From contig CAYRYV010000013.1 of assembly GCA_964428565.1 (NCBI GenBank), positions 1 to 64,000 on the forward strand: DNA of 64,000 nt. Direction: 5' to 3'. Of this stretch, positions 8,710 through 16,666 are shown one piece after another. The stretch is from an uncultured Desulfobacterales bacterium. Its GTDB lineage: Bacteria; Desulfobacterota; Desulfobaccia; Desulfobaccales; Desulfobaccaceae. How positions within the stretch are numbered: position 1 is the stretch's first letter; each line of letters begins with the position of its first letter. Position numbers and translations under genes: made by a program. The notes under the pieces were generated by a model that worked only from the letters and a program-made list of their open reading frames with translations, searched no databases and had not been told where the DNA came from.

Positions 8710-9177
8710 ATGAAACGCTGGCTCTGGGCGGGCGTCGCCCTCGTAAGCCTCACTGCCCTGTGTTGGACCGCGACCGGCTCATCCTGGGCTCAGGGCCGGG
8801 GACAGGGCTTCCGGCCGTGCCCCTATACGCCCTATCTCTGCCCGGTGAAAACCGCCTGTCAACCCTTTGAAGAGGACGGCAAAGTGACCCAGGTCCTTAC
8901 GGAAACCCTGGAAAGCACCATGCATCCCGGCATGGCCCTGCTGCTGGACACCAGGACCCGGGGGCCGGTGCACGTCCACCTGGGGCCGGTCTGGTATCTG
9001 GAGCGCCAGGAGTTCGAACTGCGCCCTGGCGATGAAGTGCGGATCACCGGCATGTGCGAACAGGCCAAGGACGGCAAAACGGCGGTGATCGCCTACGAAC
9101 TCACCCGGGGAGAGTATACGCTCCACCTGCGGGATTCCCAGGGCCGCCCCCACTGGGAGGCCTGGCGTCAGCGTTGA
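8710..9177 (+). CDS. Periplasmic hypothetical protein with signal peptide and Cys pairs
   Basis: MKRWLWAGVALVSLTALC signal; CPYTPYLCP...C motif; SD AAGGAGGA. Confidence 0.5.
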   Translation: MKRWLWAGVALVSLTALCWTATGSSWAQGRGQGFRPCPYTPYLCPVKTACQPFEEDGKVTQVLTETLESTMHPGMALLLDTRTRGPVHVHLGPVWYLERQEFELRPGDEVRITGMCEQAKDGKTAVIAYELTRGEYTLHLRDSQGRPHWEAWRQR

Positions 9178-9292
9178 GTCCTTCTTGGGGAAGTATGGCC
9201 TAGACCCGGAAGCGCATCCGAGGGCTGGGAAGGCCCCCTGCCCTCCCCCCCCAAAGCCCGGTGGCCATGCCTTCACCTTGGCATGAAATGCG

Positions 9293-9330
9293 TGAGGCGC
9301 AGGGAGGGGTGTGCCCCCGCCTGCGCCTCA
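9293..9330. terminator. 11-bp perfect inverted repeat TGAGGCGCAGG/CCTGCGCCTCA between convergent genes (possible bidirectional terminator)
   Basis: Hairpin in the 208-bp gap between the 9177 (+) and 9386 (-) gene ends. Confidence 0.35.
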
Positions 9331-9385
9331 GTCTGACTGCATGATTACGGTTGACGGCTTCGGATCAAGGTGTCGGGTCGAAGGC

Positions 9386-12325
9386 TCAAGCCGACCGGAG
9401 GAACTCCTTCACCAGACGATCCCATCCCAGTTCCGGGCACTGCCCGTAAACGTCGTCGATGAGCGAGCCACCGGCCTGGAGGGTGGCGCCCACCGACGGT
9501 TCCAGCATCCCCAACAGCCGTGAGGTTTCCTCTTCGATCCAGGCCGCCGAGCCCTCGCCGGAGATCAGGGTATCCAGGTCCGGCCTGAGGTTGATGGCGG
9601 CGACGAGCATCATCCAACCCTCGCCGTAGGGATCGTCGTGGATCAGCCCGGGTCTCTTGAGGATCTGGGGGTTCACCTCTTCAATGACGCCAGCCACCGG
9701 CGCCAGCACCCCGGCCCGTTCATTCCGGCGCAAAAGCGCCAATGCCGTCTTCTCCCGGCGAATCTCTTCGCCGATGACCGGCATCTGGATTTCTTCGCTG
9801 GAACCCAGGAGCTTTTGGGAAAAGTCATCCATGCCGATGCGCACCCGCCCGCCGGACTCCAGGGCGACCCAGGTATGGCCCAGATGCAGGTAACGGGACG
9901 TCGGCACCTTGATCCCGAAGACTTCTTCGAGTTGCTCCACCAGCTTTTCCAGGCTGACGGCGATTCCCTCGTAGGACTGGACCATGCCGGCGGACTCGGG
10001 GGCCCCCTTCAGCAGCAGGTCCAGGGCGTTTTTCAAGAAATGCCGGGGCAGGAAGGCCGTTCCCGGCCGGACCCGGTTGGTGACCACGGCCGTGGCGGTG
10101 ATCACGCTCTCCGGGGTTGAGGTCTTGAAACGTTCTCCCGACCGGATGCCCAGGTTTTGGGCGTCCTCGGCGCTGATCTCGACGAGCACTTCCGGCTGTT
10201 CCCGGTATTCAAAGGTATAGGTGTAGGCCGGGGGGACGGTCCGATGCTCTTTGAAGGCCGTCCCGGTGGCCAGCCACACCGGATAGGCGTCGTCCGTGGT
10301 CGCGGCCAGGCGGCGCAGGTTGATCATCAGTTCATCCACGGCGTCGATCAGGTCCCCCGGGGCGTTGGCGGCCAGGGAGTGGAAGAGAAGCCGGCTGGGA
10401 GCGATGCCGGCCTCCGCCAAGAGCTCCTGAACCTGCTCCACCCCCCATTGGGCGCACAGATTGCCATGAGTCGATTTACAGTTGTCCTCCGGGCAGGAGA
10501 GCACCAGCACCCCGTCTGCTCCGGCAGTGAAGGCCTCCAGCAAATACGCCGGATCGACCTTGCCGGCGCACGGCACCTTGACGGGGGTAAAGCCCAAGGG
10601 CAGGGAGGCGCTGTGCAGCTTGACGGCGCTCTGATAGGCCTCCCAGGCGGAATTGCGGCACATATACGCCACGATCCGGGGGCCTAATTGGGGATCGAAG
10701 GCCGTCAGCTGCGCCGCCATCTGCTCATCGGTGAAGTTCCGGAGCTGAATGGCGTCGTTGGGACACTGGCTGGCGCAGATGCCGCAGCCCTGGCACGCCA
10801 GTTCATTGATCACAGCCCGATTGTCCCAGGTGATGGCCCCGTGCGGACAGAAGCGGTAGCAGGTGAGGCAGAACACGCACTTGCCCCGGTCCACTACGGC
10901 CCGCCCCTGTAGAGCGACGGCCTGACCCTGACCCAGAAGGACCTGGATGTCATTGATGGCGGCGCTGATGTCGGTGTCGGTCTCCTCCCGGTCCATGATC
11001 CCCCGGCCCGGCCCCAGGACATATACGCCCCGCCGGGGCGTGGCCACCGGCGTATGGTGGACGTTGCCGGACTGGAGAAAGCCCCCGGCCCCCTGGGGCA
11101 GACGCAGCCGCGCCGCCAGCCCGGCGTTTTCTTGGGCCCCCCGGCAGTGTTCGTCATACACCACCAGATTGGCCTTCAGGCCGAGACGCTCCCGGATGCT
11201 GGGTTCCAGAAACTCCACCAGCAGGCCCTCGTCCGCCGCGCTGATGGTCGGGCAGTCATTGAGCTTGATGACCACCAGACCGGCATCCTGGGCGGCCTGG
11301 AGGGCCCGCTGTAGATCCGGCCCCGCCACCTTGGTGCTGCCCACCAGCAGATACACCTTGCTGCCGGCGTCCAACAGGCGGGCCGACGCCTTCAAGACCC
11401 GCTCCAGGGCCAGGGGATGGCTCTCCCCCGCCAGTCCCAGCAGGACGGTGACGGTTTCCGGTTTATCGGTTGCGGATTCTCCGGCCAGCTGCGCTTCCAG
11501 CCGGGTCAGGGAGATCACTCCCGGGTGATCGGCAATGCCGAAACACCGGGGGTCGTCCTGCAGGTGCAGCTCCGGGGCGAGCACAATCGCCCCCACCTGC
11601 TCGGTGAGACATTCCTGCGGGGTATCCAGGCGCACGGTGAAATTTCCGGTGACGCCGCTGACATCCCTAAGCCGGGCGTCGCAGATCACCTTGATCAGGG
11701 GCTGCTCCTGGACGTTCCGGATCAATTGGGCGGTAGCGTCCCCTGCCGCGGCCTCCTCCGCGTATTCCCAGGGGAGCGGCGCAAGTTGGGGGTGGGGGCC
11801 CGCCAGCAAAACCGGATAGCTCAACTCCGCCAGCTCCCGGGCAGTCTGCAGGGCGGCGCCGGAATCGCCCCAGATCAGCACCTGCCGGTTGACGGCAATC
11901 GCTTGCGGGGTGATGGGACTGGCCAGCCCCGCCTGGGAGGCGGCCTGCCGGATCATCTCCAACCCTTTGGCCCTCCGGCCGCTTTTTTCCGGGTGTTCTA
12001 AGGCCGCGGTCAGATCAACCTGCAGGAGATACTCCGGGTTCAACCCCAGCTCTCTCCGCAACAGGCGGGTCACCCCCGCCCCGCGCCGCTCCGGGTCCTG
12101 GGCCACCAGGAGCACCGGATTCAGTTCCTGCTCCCGGCCAAGGAAGGCGCGCACCTCCTCTTCCTGCTCGGCTGCCGGCCGGCCGGTATCCATGGACAGC
12201 ACCCGGCAGTTCGGCAAGCTGGCCACCGCCTGGAAAAAGTCCTGGGCATCGAGTCCGGCGCCGGCAAGCTCCGGGCCGGACATAAGCAAGATATTGAGCG
12301 GTCTTAACGAATCGGCTAGAGTCAT
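9386..12325 (-). CDS. 979-aa multidomain oxidoreductase: degenerate N-terminal region, FAD/NAD(P)-binding HdrA-like region, 2x[4Fe-4S] ferredoxin, MvhD-like domain, molybdopterin-dinucleotide-binding-like domain, C-terminal glycine-cleavage-H-like domain
   Basis: CVFCLTCYRFCP...CQGCGICASQCP (ferredoxin); RIVAYMCRNSAWEAY...KVPCAGK...LSCPEDNCKS (MvhD); GTAFLPRHF (MopB C-terminal-like); PYGEGWMMLV (GcvH-like); SD AGGAGG. Confidence 0.75.
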   Translation of the reverse strand: MTLADSLRPLNILLMSGPELAGAGLDAQDFFQAVASLPNCRVLSMDTGRPAAEQEEEVRAFLGREQELNPVLLVAQDPERRGAGVTRLLRRELGLNPEYLLQVDLTAALEHPEKSGRRAKGLEMIRQAASQAGLASPITPQAIAVNRQVLIWGDSGAALQTARELAELSYPVLLAGPHPQLAPLPWEYAEEAAAGDATAQLIRNVQEQPLIKVICDARLRDVSGVTGNFTVRLDTPQECLTEQVGAIVLAPELHLQDDPRCFGIADHPGVISLTRLEAQLAGESATDKPETVTVLLGLAGESHPLALERVLKASARLLDAGSKVYLLVGSTKVAGPDLQRALQAAQDAGLVVIKLNDCPTISAADEGLLVEFLEPSIRERLGLKANLVVYDEHCRGAQENAGLAARLRLPQGAGGFLQSGNVHHTPVATPRRGVYVLGPGRGIMDREETDTDISAAINDIQVLLGQGQAVALQGRAVVDRGKCVFCLTCYRFCPHGAITWDNRAVINELACQGCGICASQCPNDAIQLRNFTDEQMAAQLTAFDPQLGPRIVAYMCRNSAWEAYQSAVKLHSASLPLGFTPVKVPCAGKVDPAYLLEAFTAGADGVLVLSCPEDNCKSTHGNLCAQWGVEQVQELLAEAGIAPSRLLFHSLAANAPGDLIDAVDELMINLRRLAATTDDAYPVWLATGTAFKEHRTVPPAYTYTFEYREQPEVLVEISAEDAQNLGIRSGERFKTSTPESVITATAVVTNRVRPGTAFLPRHFLKNALDLLLKGAPESAGMVQSYEGIAVSLEKLVEQLEEVFGIKVPTSRYLHLGHTWVALESGGRVRIGMDDFSQKLLGSSEEIQMPVIGEEIRREKTALALLRRNERAGVLAPVAGVIEEVNPQILKRPGLIHDDPYGEGWMMLVAAINLRPDLDTLISGEGSAAWIEEETSRLLGMLEPSVGATLQAGGSLIDDVYGQCPELGWDRLVKEFLRSA

Positions 12326-12534
12326 CCTGTTACCTCCTGCATCAGTAAGGTTAATCCCGGCGAACCGTTTTCATTGACTACCTTACCTCAGCAAATGTTA
12401 TGCCATGCCTCTATTATTCATGATATGAAGAGGTTATCCATAATTGTTCCCCAGCCCCCCCTTCCTTGCGTGCCGGGAAGTTCAACAACTATGAGGCGAT
12501 TTCCATAACATACAAAAATCACTGAATATTATAT

Positions 12535-12551
12535 TGTTTAATAATTAAACA
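12535..12551. promoter_or_regulatory. Perfect 8-1-8 palindrome TGTTTAATAATTAAACA in the 464-bp AT-rich gap inside the hdr cluster
   Basis: Related copies TGTACAATAATTAAACA (22934-22950) and TTGTTTAATATTATTAG (about 23448-23464). Confidence 0.4.
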
Positions 12552-12789
12552 CCACTTTAACACCGGTGTTTCCTGGTTATTCTGTCATCAAGGCGTTAGC
12601 GCTGGCGCCCGTCTTCCCCCTCGGGAAAGGGTTTTTTCCGGCAGTGGCCCGCACCCCGCGGTGGTGTCGCGCGCCGCTCTTCCCGTGAGGCCACCGCTCA
12701 CGCCGCTAACTCCGGCACGCGGGCGTCCGCCCCTCACTTCTTCGCCGATCTCCAGGCCGTCGGCATCCGGGGAAGCAGCTCAGCTCACC

Positions 12790-14052
12790 TCAGGCCATCG
12801 GGGTCCCGCTCCTTCCCTCCAGATACTGGCGCACCTGCTGAACCGAACGGGTCGCCTGGGCGATGCATTCCACAATACTTTGCGGACCGGTGGCGGTCCC
12901 GGCCAGAAAGACCCCGGGAGCTTCGGTAACGCCGCCCGCCGGGCTGTCCTTCAGGAAGCCATCGGGGGTCTTCTCCAAATGCAGCATCTCCGCCAGCTTG
13001 TCATTGTCCAGGCCCGGGGCGATACCCACCGCCAGCACCAATAGATCCACCACCCGGAATAGCCCCTTCCCCGTAGTCTCGTCCAGGAAACGCAGCCGTA
13101 AACTCCCGTCCGCCGTGGCCGTCAGGTCTCCGGGGAGGGCCCGGATCAACTCGATTTCCCGTCTCACCGTGGCCTCGAACTCCTGGGGGTCGGGCCCGAC
13201 ATTTTGCAGGTCCATGTAAAAAGTGGTCACCTTGCACTCCGGCCACCGATGACACACCAGGCGGGCCAGACGCAACCCATAGGCGCAGCACACCCGGGAG
13301 CAATACGTGTGCTCCCGGTCACGGCTGCCCACGCACTGGATGAAGGCCAGATGCCGCACCGGCCGGCCGTCGCTGGGTCTCACCAGAATCCCCCCCTGAC
13401 GGACCATTTCCTCCAATTCCTCGCCCGTGATGATGTTGGGCAACTGGTAATTGGTGTAATCCCCCCGGGCGGGAGGCGGCGCCGGTTGATAACCGGTGGC
13501 GACGATGAGGCTCGGGGTCTCCAGTTCCGTCACGGTCTCGGCCCGGCCCAGGTCGATGGCCTGGGTGGGGCAGATATCCTGGCATCGGCGGCAGGAGCCG
13601 TCCTGAAAATACCGGCAGGCGCCCGGATTCACCGCATAACGGGGATGATTCTCAGCGGAGGCGGCGCTGACGACGCCTCCCGGAGCCGGGCACTCCTCCA
13701 GGCACAGGCCGCAATTCGTGCAGAGGTGCGGATCAATGACCTGGGGCTGGGACTTCAGGGTCAGGTGCAGCAGACCATTCTCGGACCGGCTGGCCATCAA
13801 CTCCGTATGAGGATAAAAGGTGAGGCCCGGCGCCGCCATCAGGTCCCGCAAACCCTGCTCGACCCGGCAGGCCCCGCATTTCTGGCAGGCATCGGTGGCC
13901 TTGCAGCCGAAGCTGGCGGCCCGGCCGCCGAAAAAGGGGCTCTTCTCCACCAGGACCGCCGGGAGTCCCGCCCGGCTTAACTCCAGGGCCGCCGTAATCC
14001 CGGTAATGCCTCCGCCCAGAATCACCACCGGATTGACTTTGTCGTTCTTCAT
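12790..14052 (-). CDS. hdrA: Heterodisulfide reductase subunit A-like flavoprotein (short HdrA)
   Basis: GGGITGITAALEL FAD motif, multiple CxxCxxC ferredoxin motifs, FIQCVGSRD...CSRVCC HdrA signature. Confidence 0.85.
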   Translation of the reverse strand: MKNDKVNPVVILGGGITGITAALELSRAGLPAVLVEKSPFFGGRAASFGCKATDACQKCGACRVEQGLRDLMAAPGLTFYPHTELMASRSENGLLHLTLKSQPQVIDPHLCTNCGLCLEECPAPGGVVSAASAENHPRYAVNPGACRYFQDGSCRRCQDICPTQAIDLGRAETVTELETPSLIVATGYQPAPPPARGDYTNYQLPNIITGEELEEMVRQGGILVRPSDGRPVRHLAFIQCVGSRDREHTYCSRVCCAYGLRLARLVCHRWPECKVTTFYMDLQNVGPDPQEFEATVRREIELIRALPGDLTATADGSLRLRFLDETTGKGLFRVVDLLVLAVGIAPGLDNDKLAEMLHLEKTPDGFLKDSPAGGVTEAPGVFLAGTATGPQSIVECIAQATRSVQQVRQYLEGRSGTPMA

Positions 14053-14070
14053 GGGAGTTCCCTATTCCTG

Positions 14071-14955
14071 TCAGACACCGGCCTTCTCCAGGACAAGAGC
14101 CATCAGGTCGCCCCGCCCCCGGGCCTTGACATAAACGCCGTCCGCAAGTTTTTGCCCTTTGATCTCCTTGAGCAGACGTCCGGCAAGAGCGGCGCCTTTC
14201 TTCAAGACTTCCTCGGGATCACTGTCGGCCAGTTCCTTCACCATCTCCGGCGGCAGTGAATACACCTTCCGGTGACTACCTTGACTGGCCTCCTCCACTT
14301 CCGCAGCCTTGGGGACCTTGACGCAGGCCAACAGCTTGACGCCCTGGAGATCCACCAACTTCCTGAATTTTTCGAGCTTCTGGAGGTCAAAGACAGGTGC
14401 GGTGACGAAAAATTCGGCGCCCGCCTCCAGCTTTTTCCTGACCTTCAGGAGCTGGGGAGCCACCGGCTCGGCCTCCGGGATCAGGACCGCGCCCAGGCAG
14501 AACTGAGGATTGCCTTTCAGGGAAAGACCGGCGCTGTCATGACCCTCCATCAGCCCCCGGGCGATTTGCAGGAGCTGCACCGAGTCGGCGTCGTAGACCG
14601 GCTTGGCGTCGGGATGATCCCCGAGCGTGACGTAATCGCCGCTCAGGGTGAGGATATTTTCCAGACCCAGGGCGCCGGCCCCCAGGAGATCGCTCTCCAG
14701 GGCCAGACGATTGCGATCCCGGCATGTCATGAGGAGCATGGGTTCTTTACCCGCCTGTTTCACCAGCGCCGCGGCCGCCAGGGCCGAGAGCTTCATCTTG
14801 GCGTGCTCCATGTCCGGGATGCCAAAGGCGGTCACCTTCCCGTCGAGGGATTTCACGGGAGCCAGCATCCCCTCCAGGTCGATGCCCTTGGGGGTTTTTA
14901 CTTCCATGACGATGGGGAACCGGCCGCCCTCCAAAGCTTCCTTAAGTTTACTCAT
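14071..14955 (-). CDS. metF: Methylenetetrahydrofolate reductase catalytic subunit (MetF-like)
   Basis: TIM-barrel MTHFR motifs (FPIVMEVKTPKG..., FFVTAPVFD); start taken at MSKLKEA with SD GGAGAT 11 nt upstream; sits next to metV/hdr/mvhD as in acetogen MetFV-Hdr-Mvh complexes. Confidence 0.8.
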   Translation of the reverse strand: MSKLKEALEGGRFPIVMEVKTPKGIDLEGMLAPVKSLDGKVTAFGIPDMEHAKMKLSALAAAALVKQAGKEPMLLMTCRDRNRLALESDLLGAGALGLENILTLSGDYVTLGDHPDAKPVYDADSVQLLQIARGLMEGHDSAGLSLKGNPQFCLGAVLIPEAEPVAPQLLKVRKKLEAGAEFFVTAPVFDLQKLEKFRKLVDLQGVKLLACVKVPKAAEVEEASQGSHRKVYSLPPEMVKELADSDPEEVLKKGAALAGRLLKEIKGQKLADGVYVKARGRGDLMALVLEKAGV

Positions 14956-15628
14956 GGACGACATATCTCCTCTTGTAAGCCGGGTGGATGACGGTACCCG
15001 GGGTAGTGCCCCGCCCGTGGGGATGGAGCGGTAGGATCGCATCGATCTGCTCCAGCCTTCCCTGCTGTTCCAGCCTGGCATAGATTTCACACCAGGCGCA
15101 CTCCCGGTCCGGATTCACCTCGCATTTTCCCTGGACGTTGCCGCCGCAGGGGCCGTTGAGCAAGCCCTTGGGACACATGGTTTGCGGGCAAATCCCCCCG
15201 GTAACCCCCAGGTAACACTGATGGCAGGCTCGGCAGCGCTCGGTATACCACCCCGCCTCTTCGTTGACCCCGATGAAGGTGGTGTTGAGGGCCGGGAAGA
15301 CCGGTTTCATGCCGGACATTGCCGCCAGGAACTGCACCCCGGCGCCGCAGGCCGTCGAAATGACTACGTCGTAGTCGGCCACCGCGTCGCTCAGGGGCTG
15401 AATAAACTCCCGGTCGCACTGGCGCTCCACCGTCATCTCGCCGATCTTCGGGTGCTTGCCTTCCTGCCCCCAGGCGAGCTTCAGTTGCGAAGCCAACAGC
15501 CCCACCTCTTTTTCCCCGCCTACCAGGCAAACCGCCACACAGGTGCCGCACCCGGCGATGAGAATCTTCTCATAGGGCGCCACCGCCGCCTTGATCTCCG
15601 CAAAAGGCTTTCGTTCCGCGATAATCAT
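14948..15628 (-). CDS. metV: MTHFR small subunit MetV-like (MTHFR C-terminal zinc-ribbon-like domain) protein
   Basis: Cys-rich (GCGTCVAVCL..., CRACHQC...CPQTMCPKGLLNGPCGG) like MetV; ATATGA overlap with the upstream mvhD stop. Confidence 0.7.
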   Translation of the reverse strand: MIIAERKPFAEIKAAVAPYEKILIAGCGTCVAVCLVGGEKEVGLLASQLKLAWGQEGKHPKIGEMTVERQCDREFIQPLSDAVADYDVVISTACGAGVQFLAAMSGMKPVFPALNTTFIGVNEEAGWYTERCRACHQCYLGVTGGICPQTMCPKGLLNGPCGGNVQGKCEVNPDRECAWCEIYARLEQQGRLEQIDAILPLHPHGRGTTPGTVIHPAYKRRYVVHE

Positions 15629-16089
15629 ATTTGCACCGCCAGTTCTTGTTCTTCCGGGACCATGGCCTCCGGTGTCCAGTTTGGGTTCAGGGGACTGGGC
15701 CCCAACCGTTTGACTCTTTCCACCATTTCATTCACTGCTATCACCCACTTGGGGGCGTCTGAAGCAGCCACCTCATACATGATCAGGCGTTCTGAGCCCA
15801 GACCGCATTCATCCAGCAAGTTCTGGCCATATTCCACCCGTTCGCGGGCCCGCAGATTCCCTTCCAGGAAATGGCAGGTGCCCGCCTCGCAGCCACTCAC
15901 CATAACGCCGTCGGCCCCGGCCTCGAAACCCCTCAGAATATGCAGGATGTCAATCCGGCCGGTGCACAGGTACTTGACGATCCGCACGTTGGGCGGATAC
16001 TGCATCCGGGCCGACCCCGCCATATCCGCGGCCGTGTAGGTGCAGTAGGTGCACACCAGGGCCAAAATCTTAGGAGTAAATTCTGTCAC
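15625..16089 (-). CDS. mvhD: Methyl-viologen-reducing hydrogenase delta subunit family protein (MvhD), Cys-containing copy
   Basis: ILALVCTYCTYTAADMAGSARMQYP...YLCTGRID...GCEAGTCHF MvhD hallmarks; start GTG 16089 chosen by alignment to the paralogue (the track's ATG 16110 lacks an SD). Confidence 0.8.
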   Translation of the reverse strand: MTEFTPKILALVCTYCTYTAADMAGSARMQYPPNVRIVKYLCTGRIDILHILRGFEAGADGVMVSGCEAGTCHFLEGNLRARERVEYGQNLLDECGLGSERLIMYEVAASDAPKWVIAVNEMVERVKRLGPSPLNPNWTPEAMVPEEQELAVQI

Positions 16090-16195
16090 TTTTTCTCGAC
16101 TCCCACACATGGGGTGACCGTCGGCCAGGGCTCGCAGAGGGCGCTAAATATGACCATATATTGCACGTCCAGGTCAGGCCGTTTCGACATGGCCT

Positions 16196-16657
16196 TCAGG
16201 TTTGCACCGCCGGTTCTTGTTCGCCCGGAACCACAGCCCCCGGTATCCATTGCGGACTCAGAGGACTGGGGCCCAGAGCCTTGACTTTTTCCGTCATTTC
16301 CTTAACCACGGCAACCCATTTGGGGGCATCGGAGGCGGCGATCTCATAGAATGCCAGACGCTCGGCCCCCAGGCCGCATTCTTCCAGTAAGTGCCGTGCA
16401 TATTCCACACGTTCGCGAGCTCTGAGATTTCCTTCCAGGAAATGGCAGGTGCCGGCCTCTCAGCCACCCACAAATATGGCGTCGGCCCCGGCCTCAAACC
16501 CTTTTAAAATATGCAGGATGTCAATCCGGCCGGTGCACAGGTACTTGACGATCCGTACATTGGTCGGATACTGCATCCGGGCCGACCCCGCCATATCCGC
16601 GGCCGTGTAGGTGCAGTAGGTGCACACCAGGGCCAGTATCTTCGGGGAAAATTCCAT
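16196..16657 (-). CDS. mvhD: MvhD paralogue with in-frame TGA (16460-16462) at the position of the conserved Cys (GC-EAGTCHF); proposed selenocysteine-containing MvhD, 153 aa read-through
   Basis: Track ORFs 16460..16657 and 16196..16408 are in the same frame and ~80% identical to the downstream mvhD on both sides of the TGA; the TGA replaces a TGC codon; SD GAGGAGA before ATG 16657. Confidence 0.6.
16427..16443 (-). other. Candidate SECIS-type hairpin (AUUUCCU-GGA-AGGAAAU) starting 16 nt 3' of the in-frame UGA
   Basis: 7-bp perfect stem seen directly in the sequence; the same region in the Cys paralogue has one wobble pair, so this is not discriminating on its own. Confidence 0.25.
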
Positions 16658-16666
16658 CTCGTCTCC

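Noticed and set aside
15087-15551. 154-aa minus-strand ORF and the 15182-16039 plus-strand ORF overlapping metV/mvhD
   Set aside because: They overlap well-supported metV/mvhD coding regions in other frames; low-complexity Arg/Gly/Pro translations.
16196-16657. Treating 16460-16657 and 16196-16408 as two separate small genes, or as a nonsense-mutated mvhD pseudogene
   Set aside because: Both pieces are in one frame and conserved against the paralogue right across the TGA, which replaces a conserved Cys codon. Selenocysteine read-through explains this better, although it cannot be proven from sequence alone.
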